DNA from: a virus
Lineage: Duplodnaviria > Heunggongvirae > Uroviricota > Caudoviricetes
Virus record (IMG/VR): IMGVR_UViG_3300029976_000110
Strand: one strand, 5' to 3'
Length of the DNA: 64,000 nt
The notes beneath the pieces were generated by a model, which was given only the letters and a program-made list of their open reading frames with translations, made no database searches and had not been told where the DNA came from. The position numbers and the translations under genes were made by a program. Positions 9,052-18,699 of this stretch are shown piece after piece (position 1 is the first letter of the stretch; each line of letters starts with the position of its first letter).

Positions 9052-10418
9052 GCTTCGTCTTCTATATTTATTTCATCATTGTCAAGCTCAGCTTGCTCTT
9101 TATTAAGGAATTTAAAGCATTTTAGCTTGAACGCGCCTACTAGACCATTGTCTATCTTAATAACAAGACCTTCATGTGGCACTTTATTATCACAGTGAGG
9201 CGAGTTACACTCCATATAGAAACGTTTATCATTAGACAAACGCTCTATAAAGTCTTCACTCCAATGATCAGTAATTTCTATATCAGGATATAAATCCCCA
9301 GCTCTACCAACGTAACATTCTTCTACTGGAATTAATCCAACTCTAGCACACCACTGCTGTACTTGATGTGGAGTATACTCAAATGTAACTCCATCCACAT
9401 TAGTATATGTTACTCGATAGATACGTACTGCAAAATGCTTTTCAGGAGTATAAGACTCTCCTTCTTCTGGACGTAAGCATCCATAATCGTAGTTTTTCTG
9501 GATGTAATTACCGTTTGGTAAGAATCCTACTATTTCGTAGTAGATGGTTTGACCTTTAGCTAAACAAGGTCTTACAATCTTATCAGCTTCAGCCCAAACA
9601 TCTACTCCATAAAAACCACTACTTACCCCTTTATTATAATACTTATTCTTTATTACAGTTCTAGAAGCATATAGATAATCATATTTATCAAAATTATATC
9701 CAGTTAGCCATTTAGCTATCTTCTGCTTCCAATTAAGCGGTTGATGACATAAAACATATGCTGAAATACCACTACACCCATGAATTTTATAAGACATTTG
9801 GATAATAGAATCTGGTTGGATAGCCTGTGGTGCTTTCTTTATGATAATTGTATTATAATGAAATCTAAACTGAGTATCTATAACTTTATCAAGCCCTTTC
9901 TTTACTTTCTTAGTTGTTTTGCTCTCAGAGATTCTACTAGTATAGGTATTCTTAGGAATATATTTCTTACTAATCCAGAACTCTTTTGTTCCATTCTGTA
10001 AAGCGTCAAATTCAGTGCCTACTTCAAAAGGCTCTAACTCTTTATTAGTAACAGATACTATATAGTTAGATAGAACAGAAGCTGGAAGAATAAATCCTTC
10101 AGATAATTCTCCTCTTAACTTAATTGCTTTTACTCTACCATTGTCTTCAAACATTCCAGTTTGTTCAGGATTTGCATTTAGCTCCTTATGTTTATAAAGA
10201 TTTGCATAACGTAACAAGTCTGGGTTAATACAAGAGAGAACTGGAAAATAAATATATAACCCTGCTTCAGAGTCTATACCAGTAATAATATTAAATCCAT
10301 CAATAGTACAGCATTTTAACCGAGTTACCTCTGGATCAGAGTGCTTTCTGAAAGAAGTTATATTAACAATTTTAGATAGGTAGTTTTCACTAGCCCTTTT
10401 GCTTTTAATGAGATTCAT
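9048..10418 (-). CDS. RNA ligase, Rnl2-like nucleotidyltransferase (probable true start MNLIKSK at 10418; ORF track extends to 10508)
   Basis: Motif I SYKIHG (KxHG, Rnl2-type). Motif IV EGLVIK. Motif V GAFKLK. An RNA-ligase-like block GELSEGFILPAS lies 5' of motif I in the protein. Confidence 0.65.
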   Translation of the reverse strand: MNLIKSKRASENYLSKIVNITSFRKHSDPEVTRLKCCTIDGFNIITGIDSEAGLYIYFPVLSCINPDLLRYANLYKHKELNANPEQTGMFEDNGRVKAIKLRGELSEGFILPASVLSNYIVSVTNKELEPFEVGTEFDALQNGTKEFWISKKYIPKNTYTSRISESKTTKKVKKGLDKVIDTQFRFHYNTIIIKKAPQAIQPDSIIQMSYKIHGCSGISAYVLCHQPLNWKQKIAKWLTGYNFDKYDYLYASRTVIKNKYYNKGVSSGFYGVDVWAEADKIVRPCLAKGQTIYYEIVGFLPNGNYIQKNYDYGCLRPEEGESYTPEKHFAVRIYRVTYTNVDGVTFEYTPHQVQQWCARVGLIPVEECYVGRAGDLYPDIEITDHWSEDFIERLSNDKRFYMECNSPHCDNKVPHEGLVIKIDNGLVGAFKLKCFKFLNKEQAELDNDEINIEDEA

Positions 10419-10419
10419 A

Positions 10420-10641
10420 TTACTCTCCAGTGTATAGTTGCCATTTATGAGATAAAACAGCATCAATTTTAAATTCTTTGACCTTATAAGCCAACTCGCT
10501 TCGTCCATTTGGAGTACAAATTATATCACCATTTTTATCTTGGTAATAAAATCTTTCTACTCCATTAAGAGTTAGTGAAACTTCATTTCCATTAACCATC
10601 ATCCAGGACAATGCCTGGCTAAAATCATAGTTTGTGCTCAT
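10420..10641 (-). CDS. hypothetical protein
   Basis: 73-aa ORF. Its TAA overlaps the ligase ATG (TAATATG). Confidence 0.35.
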   Translation of the reverse strand: MSTNYDFSQALSWMMVNGNEVSLTLNGVERFYYQDKNGDIICTPNGRSELAYKVKEFKIDAVLSHKWQLYTGE

Positions 10642-10643
10642 AT

Positions 10644-10755
10644 TTAAATTATTTTAAGTCCAGAAGACTTTAGAAACTGTGTCATAAATGCTGCATAGGT
10701 TGAAGATTCAATTTCACTTGTTTCATCCCTATTATGAAATTGAAATACATGAAAG
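10644..10755 (-). CDS. small HExxH (zincin-like) protein, exon 2
   Basis: After the predicted 3' splice site AAAUG|CUUUCAUG.. the frame continues exon 1 as ..FWHE-IFHVFQFHNRDETSEIES...GLKII*. The join creates HEIFH. Confidence 0.45.
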
Positions 10756-11824
10756 CATTTATACTTCTTATTTCTAAGAAGATTAGACTATCCCTTCCTC
10801 CACTTTTGGAGGGTCTATTATAGTCGTTGAACATCTCATTTGTTTAAAACTAATAAATTTGTCATATTTCCTATTTAAATAAATTGTTGCATCTTTATAC
10901 ATATAATCAAACAAAGCTAAAGAATCTTTAACACTAAAGTTAAGTACATACACATTTTTATCTAGGTCTTGAAGTTTTACTATTTTTGATTTAGTTGGTA
11001 AATGTTTGGCTAAATCAATTAAAAATTGTTCAGATCCACTACAAAAACCACTTCTTAGTGTATAATAATTAGCTTTACTGCTATTTTTATAAACTCCAAC
11101 AGTTCCATCTCCATCAAAAAACCCTCTTATAAAATGTGGGATTAATGATTCTGGTATATTAGGAAATTGTATAGTTAATGATTTATTAGGGATGCAGCCT
11201 AAACTAATCAAAGAATTAGCTAATTGTACATCATTTATTCTTAAACAATTTATTTCTTTATTATATTTTTTATGAACTTCTTTAGTTAGATTCCCTGTAA
11301 AGTTAATATCTAAAATAAACTGCTTCATTAAATCACCATCGATACAATTCCATCTGACTGCCTTAGAATTATCTGTTTTTTCTTCAACACATCCGTCAGA
11401 ATACATAATTCCAAGCCAATATGCCTTATGTTCTGTGTCAATAATATCAAAGTAGGCACTATTAACAGAGTACTTCTTATAGCAACCCCTTTTCCTAAGA
11501 ACCCCTTTTTCAGACAAGAATTGACGCAATCTATTAGTACTAGTTTTTTCGAGTTTACATATAATGTGAACCCCTTTGTTTTGATTTACATAAAAATCTA
11601 AAATACGATCTTGCTGTTCTTTAGTATATTCTTTTTTCATAGTAATAAAAATTATTAATATTTATCACTACAAATATAATATACTTTATAGTTTTTCACA
11701 AATGATTTTGCTGCGGATTAACCAATTTTAACAATTATTACTAAAAATATAGTATGTTAAACTTTAGGTACTTCCCGCAATTTAAGACGTTTTACAAGTA
11801 TATTACTATACTAGGAGACCCTTG
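10756..11824 (-). mobile_element. group I intron (~1.07 kb) carrying a LAGLIDADG homing endonuclease
   Basis: P1: GAGAU|caagg|GUCUC. P4-like AAAUUGCGGGAA and Q-like AAUCCGCAGC. R GUUCAACGACUAUA. P8 CCUCC-aaaag-GGAGG. S GGGAUAGUC overlaps the HE stop. P9 CUUCUUA-GAAA-UAAGAAG. Ends in AAAUG. Confidence 0.6.
10783..11640 (-). CDS. LAGLIDADG homing endonuclease (double-motif)
   Basis: Two LAGLIDADG motifs: WLGIMYSDGCV and IRGFFDGDGTVGV. The ORF runs through the intron R/P8/S core. Confidence 0.8.
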   Translation of the reverse strand: MKKEYTKEQQDRILDFYVNQNKGVHIICKLEKTSTNRLRQFLSEKGVLRKRGCYKKYSVNSAYFDIIDTEHKAYWLGIMYSDGCVEEKTDNSKAVRWNCIDGDLMKQFILDINFTGNLTKEVHKKYNKEINCLRINDVQLANSLISLGCIPNKSLTIQFPNIPESLIPHFIRGFFDGDGTVGVYKNSSKANYYTLRSGFCSGSEQFLIDLAKHLPTKSKIVKLQDLDKNVYVLNFSVKDSLALFDYMYKDATIYLNRKYDKFISFKQMRCSTTIIDPPKVEEGIV

Positions 11825-12024
11825 ATCTCATGCCAGAAGGTATTATTAATTTGATCTTCAGTTAATTCAACTACTTCATCCTCGCTATCTAACTTTTTAA
11901 AGATAACAATTTCTTCTTTTGTACTATCATAATATCCAAATCTATTATCTCCACTATCATCTTTATCTTTAACAAGGATTTTTACAGTCTGACCTCCTAT
12001 TTCAAACTTTTCTGGAATTTTCAT
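11825..12024 (-). CDS. small HExxH (zincin-like) protein, exon 1
   Basis: ORF 11806..12024 (..QINNTFWHEIKGLLV*). The predicted 5' splice site after ..CAUGAGAU pairs with the IGS. Confidence 0.45.
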
Positions 12025-12123
12025 ATGTCATAATAATAAATTTAGTTAAAACTATATTTTATATTACAGCAAACATAGTGATTTATAAATTAAAAATCAA
12101 ATGAATTTATAGCTTTTTATATT

Positions 12124-13323
12124 TTATTCTAGATCTGGTCTAAAACATAAAAATCTTGGTTGTAACGGAACTCCAGAATCAGACAATGTAAAATATTTGC
12201 AATCACCTAAATGATCTTTATATTTATCGTTAAAGTTCTTAACATATTCTAATTTAGTTTCCCGATCTCCGATTGGCATTGCTTTGAATGTACGTCCATC
12301 AGACATTTGACAGATAAAACACATATCTTCCGTACCTCGTAAACCAAGCTCATAATCTATAATTAAGAAAGTGTCATCTAAATAATGCTTAATTTTAATC
12401 ATATCATTTGTGCGACCACCAACTTTATATGGACGACTAGGATCACGAATTACAACACCTTCAAATCCTTCAGACACAAATTGATCGTGTAATTTATCAA
12501 TATTATCCCAACCAGATACTTCTTCTTGATTTAAGATAAATATATGATCATTTATTTCATCACAAGAAGTGTCTATATAAGTTGGAATATTATAAAGGAT
12601 AGAGAATTGTGCTAAATGTTTAATTCTTTCTGAAGCTATCATGTCTGGAACATACATATCATATATCCAATACTGAAGCCATTCACAATCATAGGCATTT
12701 TTCTCCATTCTAGCTGCACCAGAGATTTGCTGAAGACTTTTAAATCGTTTGAATAACTCACCATCTAAAATAATATTTGGATGTTGTTCAAATAAAGTAA
12801 CTATTCTAGGATCTGTAAGGATATGTTGTGTAGAATAATTATATGTTTCCCCGCCTCTGCTAGCTGTAAGTATATTTCCATCCTTATAATATAGTAAACA
12901 ACGTACACCATCAAGCTTTCTACTAGCAATCCATGTTTTATCAAAGATTTTTCTATTAGTTACTTTATCAGCTTGTTTAGCTAACATTGGTTTAATGACA
13001 CCATATTGATTTGTCTTTACATCACCAAAGATAGTCTGCAATTCTTCAGTAGTATATTCATTAGGATGTTTCTCTACTTCAATGTAACCTTTATCAAGAT
13101 AGCCCTTTACAGTAGAATTATATTGTAACTCTAATTGTTCTCTCCAAGTTCTTTTTTGTTTGGTTCTATCTACAATTATCGGAGGGGATAAAGTTGTTTT
13201 ACCCCCTACCTGACCATAACTGCGTTGAATTACATACCCCGTATCATGCCATTCTTCATCAGATTCAACGATAGCAAATCTAAACTTACCAGTAGATGCT
13301 TTTCCTAACAGATATTTAATCAT
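12124..13323 (-). CDS. ATP-dependent DNA ligase
   Basis: Motif I KLDGVR, followed by TASRGGE, DGELF-like and OB-domain regions. 399 aa, comparable to T7 ligase. Confidence 0.75.
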   Translation of the reverse strand: MIKYLLGKASTGKFRFAIVESDEEWHDTGYVIQRSYGQVGGKTTLSPPIIVDRTKQKRTWREQLELQYNSTVKGYLDKGYIEVEKHPNEYTTEELQTIFGDVKTNQYGVIKPMLAKQADKVTNRKIFDKTWIASRKLDGVRCLLYYKDGNILTASRGGETYNYSTQHILTDPRIVTLFEQHPNIILDGELFKRFKSLQQISGAARMEKNAYDCEWLQYWIYDMYVPDMIASERIKHLAQFSILYNIPTYIDTSCDEINDHIFILNQEEVSGWDNIDKLHDQFVSEGFEGVVIRDPSRPYKVGGRTNDMIKIKHYLDDTFLIIDYELGLRGTEDMCFICQMSDGRTFKAMPIGDRETKLEYVKNFNDKYKDHLGDCKYFTLSDSGVPLQPRFLCFRPDLE

Positions 13324-13628
13324 ATTCTCTCTTCCTTAACGCAGTTCCATAAATCTTCGATTGTTTTCATCGGAATAACTTTGCCATTTTTATCCCACAT
13401 ACAATCCTTAGATTTATCTTCTAATTCAAACAACCACCAAGTAATTGTGTTAACTCCTTCTTCGTTAAAGAGAATTTCAAGTGTATGCTCGAACAATCTT
13501 GCAGAATAGTCAATCCAGTCTACATCAAGAATACTACTAATACCTAGCATCTTCTCAACACTTTCAATTCTTTTTTCCCACGCTTGATGTGCTTGAATAA
13601 GCTGTATAAAATCGTTTTTTCCTATCAT
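13320..13628 (-). CDS. hypothetical protein
   Basis: 102-aa ORF. Confidence 0.3.
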   Translation of the reverse strand: MIGKNDFIQLIQAHQAWEKRIESVEKMLGISSILDVDWIDYSARLFEHTLEILFNEEGVNTITWWLFELEDKSKDCMWDKNGKVIPMKTIEDLWNCVKEERI

Positions 13629-13631
13629 TTG

Positions 13632-13994
13632 TTAATACCACGTTTCAAAATAAATTTCTGAATCATCATCTAGTTCTGAAAACTCTGGAAGCAAGGTATC
13701 TCTAATGTAATCCCTTACTTCTTTAACGTCCTCATAGTAATACTCGTCATAATCAGTGCTTCCAAAGAGGAATCCAGACATAGTTGGAAGAAGTTCTGGG
13801 GCTTTACTGTGATCCTTTAGAACTTGGTTACATCTATCTAAGAGGATCTTTGCATCTTCTTCACTTGTCTTGAAAGGAGTTTGATTATCAACATCAAATC
13901 CTAAATCAGTAAAATATTTAACTAAAAAATTAACTTTTCTAAAATATCCTATCTGTTTACTTTTTTTACGTATAAAATATATGCTTAAACCCAT
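13632..13994 (-). CDS. hypothetical protein
   Basis: 120-aa ORF. Confidence 0.3.
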   Translation of the reverse strand: MGLSIYFIRKKSKQIGYFRKVNFLVKYFTDLGFDVDNQTPFKTSEEDAKILLDRCNQVLKDHSKAPELLPTMSGFLFGSTDYDEYYYEDVKEVRDYIRDTLLPEFSELDDDSEIYFETWY

Positions 13995-14182
13995 TTCAGT
14001 TAAATGATGATTTATATTTAAATCCTATCTGTAATAAGTAATTAAGTAAATCATCCTGAGAAAACTTATCTAGGCAATGAGAATCTGCAAAGAGAGCTTC
14101 ATCCCATCCCATAATTACTCTCATTTGTATCAGCAAGATATTACCTTGATGATGAACTACCTGATAAATCAAATTAGTCCAT

Positions 14183-14671
14183 TTATTTTCCGCTGGACCC
14201 AAATCCACTATCATTTCTTTCAGTTGTACTTAGTTCGTCAACCTCTTTAAAAGTGATCTGTGGGTAAGGAAGAATAACAAGTTGAGCTATTCTATCTCCT
14301 ATGGAATAAGGTGCATAGATATATGGGATTTCCTCTTCATTATCAACAGGATATTCAAAATCACGTTCCATTGAAATCTCTAAGGTAGTTCTATTTTTGA
14401 AACAGATTAAAACTTCTCCTCTGTAGCCAGAGTCAATTATGGCACAGTGGTTAGTCATATATGCTTCGGTTTTTCTATTAGAACTACGAGGTACAATTAA
14501 CATACCATATCCCTCTGGAACTTCAAATGCAAGTCCAGTATGGTAAATATAACAATCAATATCCTTATTATATTCATAAGATATTGCTGTTAAATCCATT
14601 CCCATATCACCTTGTTTAGCATATTTAGGAATTATTGCCTTTGGATCAAGTTTTTTAATTTTCACTTCCAT
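14183..14671 (-). CDS. dut: dUTP diphosphatase (dUTPase)
   Basis: Motifs AKQGDMGMDL, VPRSS, IIDSGYRGE, plus a C-terminal Gly-rich motif 5. Confidence 0.85.
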   Translation of the reverse strand: MEVKIKKLDPKAIIPKYAKQGDMGMDLTAISYEYNKDIDCYIYHTGLAFEVPEGYGMLIVPRSSNRKTEAYMTNHCAIIDSGYRGEVLICFKNRTTLEISMERDFEYPVDNEEEIPYIYAPYSIGDRIAQLVILPYPQITFKEVDELSTTERNDSGFGSSGK

Positions 14672-15106
14672 TGTTTAAATATTTTATTAGTTCTTCTACA
14701 ACATTATCAGCTTCTGAATAGAAAGCCTTGATTGGTTTATCTCCTTTTGTTACAATAGCGAATGGATCTAATTTAGCACCCCAATGTCCTTTAAGTGCCC
14801 ATGCTTCTTTCTTCCCTTTCCTTGTTCTGATATCAATTAGAGTGACGTTCTCATAATCCTTTAATGGGAGAATTTGAGAATCATCACTATATGTCATTTG
14901 TACTGTAATCACAATAAACAAATACCGCAAATTAAACCGATAATCCCATCTACTATGAGTATAGTCATCAACCTTTTGTGGAAGGTAATAATATCACCTT
15001 TAATAAAAGTATAAATTTCTTGTGATAAACTATAATCCTCAGAGCTTCCTGCAATGCCTAACTTAGATAGACTAAGTATTATTAGTATTATACCAAGAAG
15101 TTTCAT
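14655..15106 (-). CDS. two small hypothetical proteins (14655..14930; 14909..15106, membrane)
   Basis: ORFs of 91 and 65 aa; the second is hydrophobic. Confidence 0.3.
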
Positions 15107-15609
15107 TTCTTATAAAATAAATATGTTTTATCCTCTAATCCATAAGTTCCATCGTGACAAAGTCTTACCTCATAGAACTTTTGATTAGTTGTTTCCTTAT
15201 CAAGGCCTCCTAATTCCTCTATATATGGACCAAGTTTGATAAAATTGAAGTTCTCTAATTCAATGTCTTTACTTAATTCTTGCCTTCCACTGTACCAACA
15301 AGTTAGTAATCCCAACCTATGTACATGATTAGCAAGATTATTAACTTCTTTAGGATTAACATCACCTCCCATAAAAGCAACACAAGTAATACCGTTGTTG
15401 ATATGAATTAGAGCATTTAAACTACCCCAATTAAGAGGATTTCCAATATCTTCTGCCAAGTAAGAGCTATGACAACCCTCACAATGACAGGGACAGTTAG
15501 AAATATTAATAGCAAGAGTTACTTCATTAGGAACTTCTTGAAACACTACTGCTGTATCAACATATTTCATTATTATATAATGTAATTTTACAAGTTTCGG
15601 TATCAACAA
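15103..15609 (-). CDS. nrdG: anaerobic ribonucleotide reductase activating protein (radical SAM, NrdG-like)
   Basis: CPCHCEGC fits CxxxCxxC. Sits immediately downstream of nrdD. Size and Gly-rich SAM-binding region fit. Confidence 0.65.
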   Translation of the reverse strand: MLIPKLVKLHYIIMKYVDTAVVFQEVPNEVTLAINISNCPCHCEGCHSSYLAEDIGNPLNWGSLNALIHINNGITCVAFMGGDVNPKEVNNLANHVHRLGLLTCWYSGRQELSKDIELENFNFIKLGPYIEELGGLDKETTNQKFYEVRLCHDGTYGLEDKTYLFYKK

Positions 15610-16225
15610 TATAACATTGTCTATTATCTAAATCAGCATAGTCATCTTTGATAATAGGATTATCTTTAAGTTGTGTATGACCAAATATTTGATAAATGTT
15701 TGGAATATGATCATTTATTGCATATTCTCTAACATCTCCCCATAATGGCCCACCTACATCACAACCATATCCACCTCTCATTGGTGATATATCTCGTAGA
15801 GCTACATTATCCAGATCCATTGTCTTGACATCTTCTAGAGTTATGTTATTATCAGCTAGCCAATCTAACAAAATCCCAGAATGACTAAAGAGAACTTTAT
15901 CAATTTGTAAACAAATCTTAGGTTCCAGTCTTTCTATTAAGTTTTTAATTTCGTTGTAGTGATGGCGATCTTCCCTATCAGCAAATCTATGTCTAATTAG
16001 ATAGTTTCCACAATGATTGCCAAGCAAGCAAGTTACTCTATCCTTGTTTTCTTCATAAAACTCTACTAATTCCTTTAGATTCTCTAAAGATTTAGATTGA
16101 GATACTTGAAATGGATATGGATCATGATAATCGCCTAGGAAAACAATAGAACCCTGCCATTGTTGACAGGGTTCTTTCCAAAATTCTCTTCCATGAACAT
16201 CTGGAACAACAAGTATTTTAGTCAT
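15557..16225 (-). CDS. calcineurin-like metallophosphatase (Ser/Thr phosphatase / ApaH-like)
   Basis: PDVHG, FLGDYHD, LLGNHCGN. Confidence 0.6.
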   Translation of the reverse strand: MTKILVVPDVHGREFWKEPCQQWQGSIVFLGDYHDPYPFQVSQSKSLENLKELVEFYEENKDRVTCLLGNHCGNYLIRHRFADREDRHHYNEIKNLIERLEPKICLQIDKVLFSHSGILLDWLADNNITLEDVKTMDLDNVALRDISPMRGGYGCDVGGPLWGDVREYAINDHIPNIYQIFGHTQLKDNPIIKDDYADLDNRQCYIVDTETCKITLYNNEIC

Positions 16226-16236
16226 ATCTTATAAAT

Positions 16237-17516
16237 TTATTCAATAGTACTACTATACGTTCTATGATTGGCTTCAATTTGCCTATACTTATCAAAACCT
16301 TTAATAGGCCTAAGGAATCCGATCACCCTTGTCCATTGAGTCATCTCATGGCTTCCACAATTCGGACAAACAGTAAGGGGTTTCTTATAGATTTTTCCAC
16401 ACTTATCGCATTGTGTGTTAGGGATATTAAAAGTATAATAACAAGCTCCTACATTAAGAGCATGTTTCATTAACTTCTTATATTGTTCCTTACTTAAGTG
16501 ATCTTGTAGGTTTATATGAATTGCCTGCCCTCCTGATGATGCTTTAGCAATTTCCCCACCTTGTAGAACGAACTTATCCAGAACAGAAGTGTCATCATGG
16601 GCATCATAGATATAAGAGTTATAGAGAACTCTATTATCAGGTACTTTATAACCATCAGCTTTATCCCAATTATAATTCTTACTACCTAGACCTTCTGCAG
16701 GTACAATTTCTACATTTAACATAAAATCAGCAGTACTATTTGCAATGTTAAAATCTTGAATCGTTCTAAGAATAAAGGTTACAAAGTTCTTATAGTCCTC
16801 ATTGTTATTCACATTCAGGCCAACGAACATGGCTGCTTCATTAATACCGTTTATGCCAGTAGTACTAAAGAGCTTGTGAAAGTCAATAAATCCAGCATTT
16901 ACGCAGGAAAACATCTTCTTATCCGCCCATTCGTACAGAATAGTTTTATAAGCAATTTGATCTTTCTTAACTCTTTCTAGGATGTCTATTAAATAGTTAT
17001 GGAATTTATCCATGTTCCTATAAAAGTCATTATAGTCCATACCAGAAGTATATCCTCCTGTTCTAGCCCAATCTTGAATGATCCTATTTATATTAAGAGT
17101 AATAACATTACAACTTCCAGTACTAACTCCAGTAAGGCCAATAGTAGATGAGAATGTATTCTCACTTATTTCATTTCTCAGCCTACAACAACTAGCAACG
17201 GCATCAGAATTGTCAGATGTATATGCAAAGAAACTATGTCCTTCAGACCACATTTCTGCTGCAAAGTCGGCATATTCTTGATCTAGATATTCACCATCTT
17301 TACTAAGAAGACAAAGCGATTCAACAGGATAAGTAAGTAAAGTTTTGGTTCTTTCATTATTGAACCATCTCATGAATCGCTTCTGTATGAAACTAACTGC
17401 ATCCCAATTTAAAGTACTTCCATCAGGAAATACAAAAGCATCAAATAAGCTATGCCAATAAAACCTATCAAAATAATTAAAATTTACAACATTTATATTT
17501 AATGTAGTTCGTAAAG
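16237..17516 (-). CDS. nrdD: anaerobic ribonucleotide reductase NrdD, exon 2 (C-terminal part with Zn ribbon and glycyl-radical motif)
   Basis: C-terminus CDKCG..CPNCG then TRVIGFLRP (glycyl-radical RVxG motif). In-frame sequence upstream of the annotated Met continues the NrdD body (..NFNYFDRFYWHSLFD..). Confidence 0.75.
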
Positions 17517-17744
17517 CTACTCCTTTATGTTTCCATAAAGATTAGACTATATCATTACTCTCAATGAGAGACCTCCCACTTCCATCACCATTAACTTGTG
17601 ATGTACTCTACTCACTTCCATCTTGTTTAGATGTGTTTTCGATAGTCGTTGAACGTTCTTCTAATGAAGCTTCGTTGCTGATTATCCTCGACTCTACGTT
17701 AGGAGTTTCCAGCAATTCAAGAGGTTTTACGTCCGCATATTTTT
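17517..17744 (-). ncRNA. group I intron (ORF-less, ~228 nt) in nrdD
   Basis: P1: GUCCGU|aaaaauau|GCGGAC with U.G at the splice site. 5' block UGAAUUGCUGGAAACUCC is identical to the DNA polymerase intron 1. R GUUCAACGACUAUCG. S UAAUGAUAUAGUC. P9 CUUUAUG-GAAA-CAUAAAG. 3' splice site placed at GAGUAG|CUUUAC by analogy; the exact 3' boundary is uncertain by ~30 nt. Confidence 0.55.
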
Positions 17745-18642
17745 ACGGACTTTGATAACTTCTGTTCCCAGCAGGTTGATTTATAGAATAAACCACATTC
17801 TGGAATGCTTGGTCTATCTCATCACCTATTGTACGTTGATTACAACAAGCTGAGGTGGTTACTACAGTATCTGGATGAAGGTAAAAATCTTTTCCCCATT
17901 CTAACTCACAAAAATGAGTAAAGAAGTTAAAGAACTCTCCCACACCAACAGCTCCTTTGCATTGAGAGGAACATAAGAAGATTAGATTGATAAGTTGCCC
18001 GCAGAAACTCTTCAAGTTATGAGGAGGCTTAGTTCCAAGTCCGTCCATTACACTAGTTCCATGTAAAAGAAGTGGATAAAGAGTGATAGCTTGACAATAG
18101 AATTTGGGAACAGAAGTAGAACTTTCATCATGTGTGTAGATAATATGATGTTCTAGGTCTTTAACATACTGTTCCGCAACTTCTGGAAACATTTTCTTAA
18201 GCTTCTTTGTCATTCTACGCCTTTGTATTCTCCTATTTCTCTTTTTATAAACTTCACTCTCTAAATTAGCAACATTCTTTAATGATACATTAGCATTTCC
18301 ATCTGTTTCGGATGATGTGGCTGCGTTATCAGAACTCTCAGAGTATTCATCCATATATTTTAACCTATCTTCATCTTCTCTTTCAAGTTGATGGGTATAG
18401 CGATAAAGAATATAAGATTTAGCTACTTCATTATAGTCCCAATCCATTAAAAGCTCTTCTATCTGATCTTGAATATCTTCAACACTAATTTCATCCCAAA
18501 TTTGGACTTCATCTACAATTTTTGTCAATACATCTTCCCCAATATGAGTGTTTGTAGACAAAAAAGCCTTTTGAAGCGCACTCTCTATTCTAGTACGATC
18601 AAAAGGAACCAGATTTCCATTTCTTTTTCTTACTTTACACAT
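17745..18642 (-). CDS. nrdD: anaerobic ribonucleotide reductase NrdD, exon 1 (ATP-cone and N-terminal catalytic region)
   Basis: MCKVRKRNGNLVPFDRTRIESALQKAF is an ATP-cone signature. The unspliced ORF ends QSP*. Confidence 0.75.
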
Positions 18643-18699
18643 ATTTAATTTAATTAAAATTAGTATGTAAATATAATAAGAATATTTGAGATAAACAAA

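Noticed and set aside
10420-10641. Possibility that ORF 10420..10641 is exon 2 of the intron-split HExxH gene, or the N-terminus of the RNA ligase
   Set aside because: Its frame is closed by a stop 4 codons upstream of its ATG. The predicted 3' exon instead runs 10644..10755. It is in a different frame from the ligase and ends with TAA overlapping the ligase ATG.
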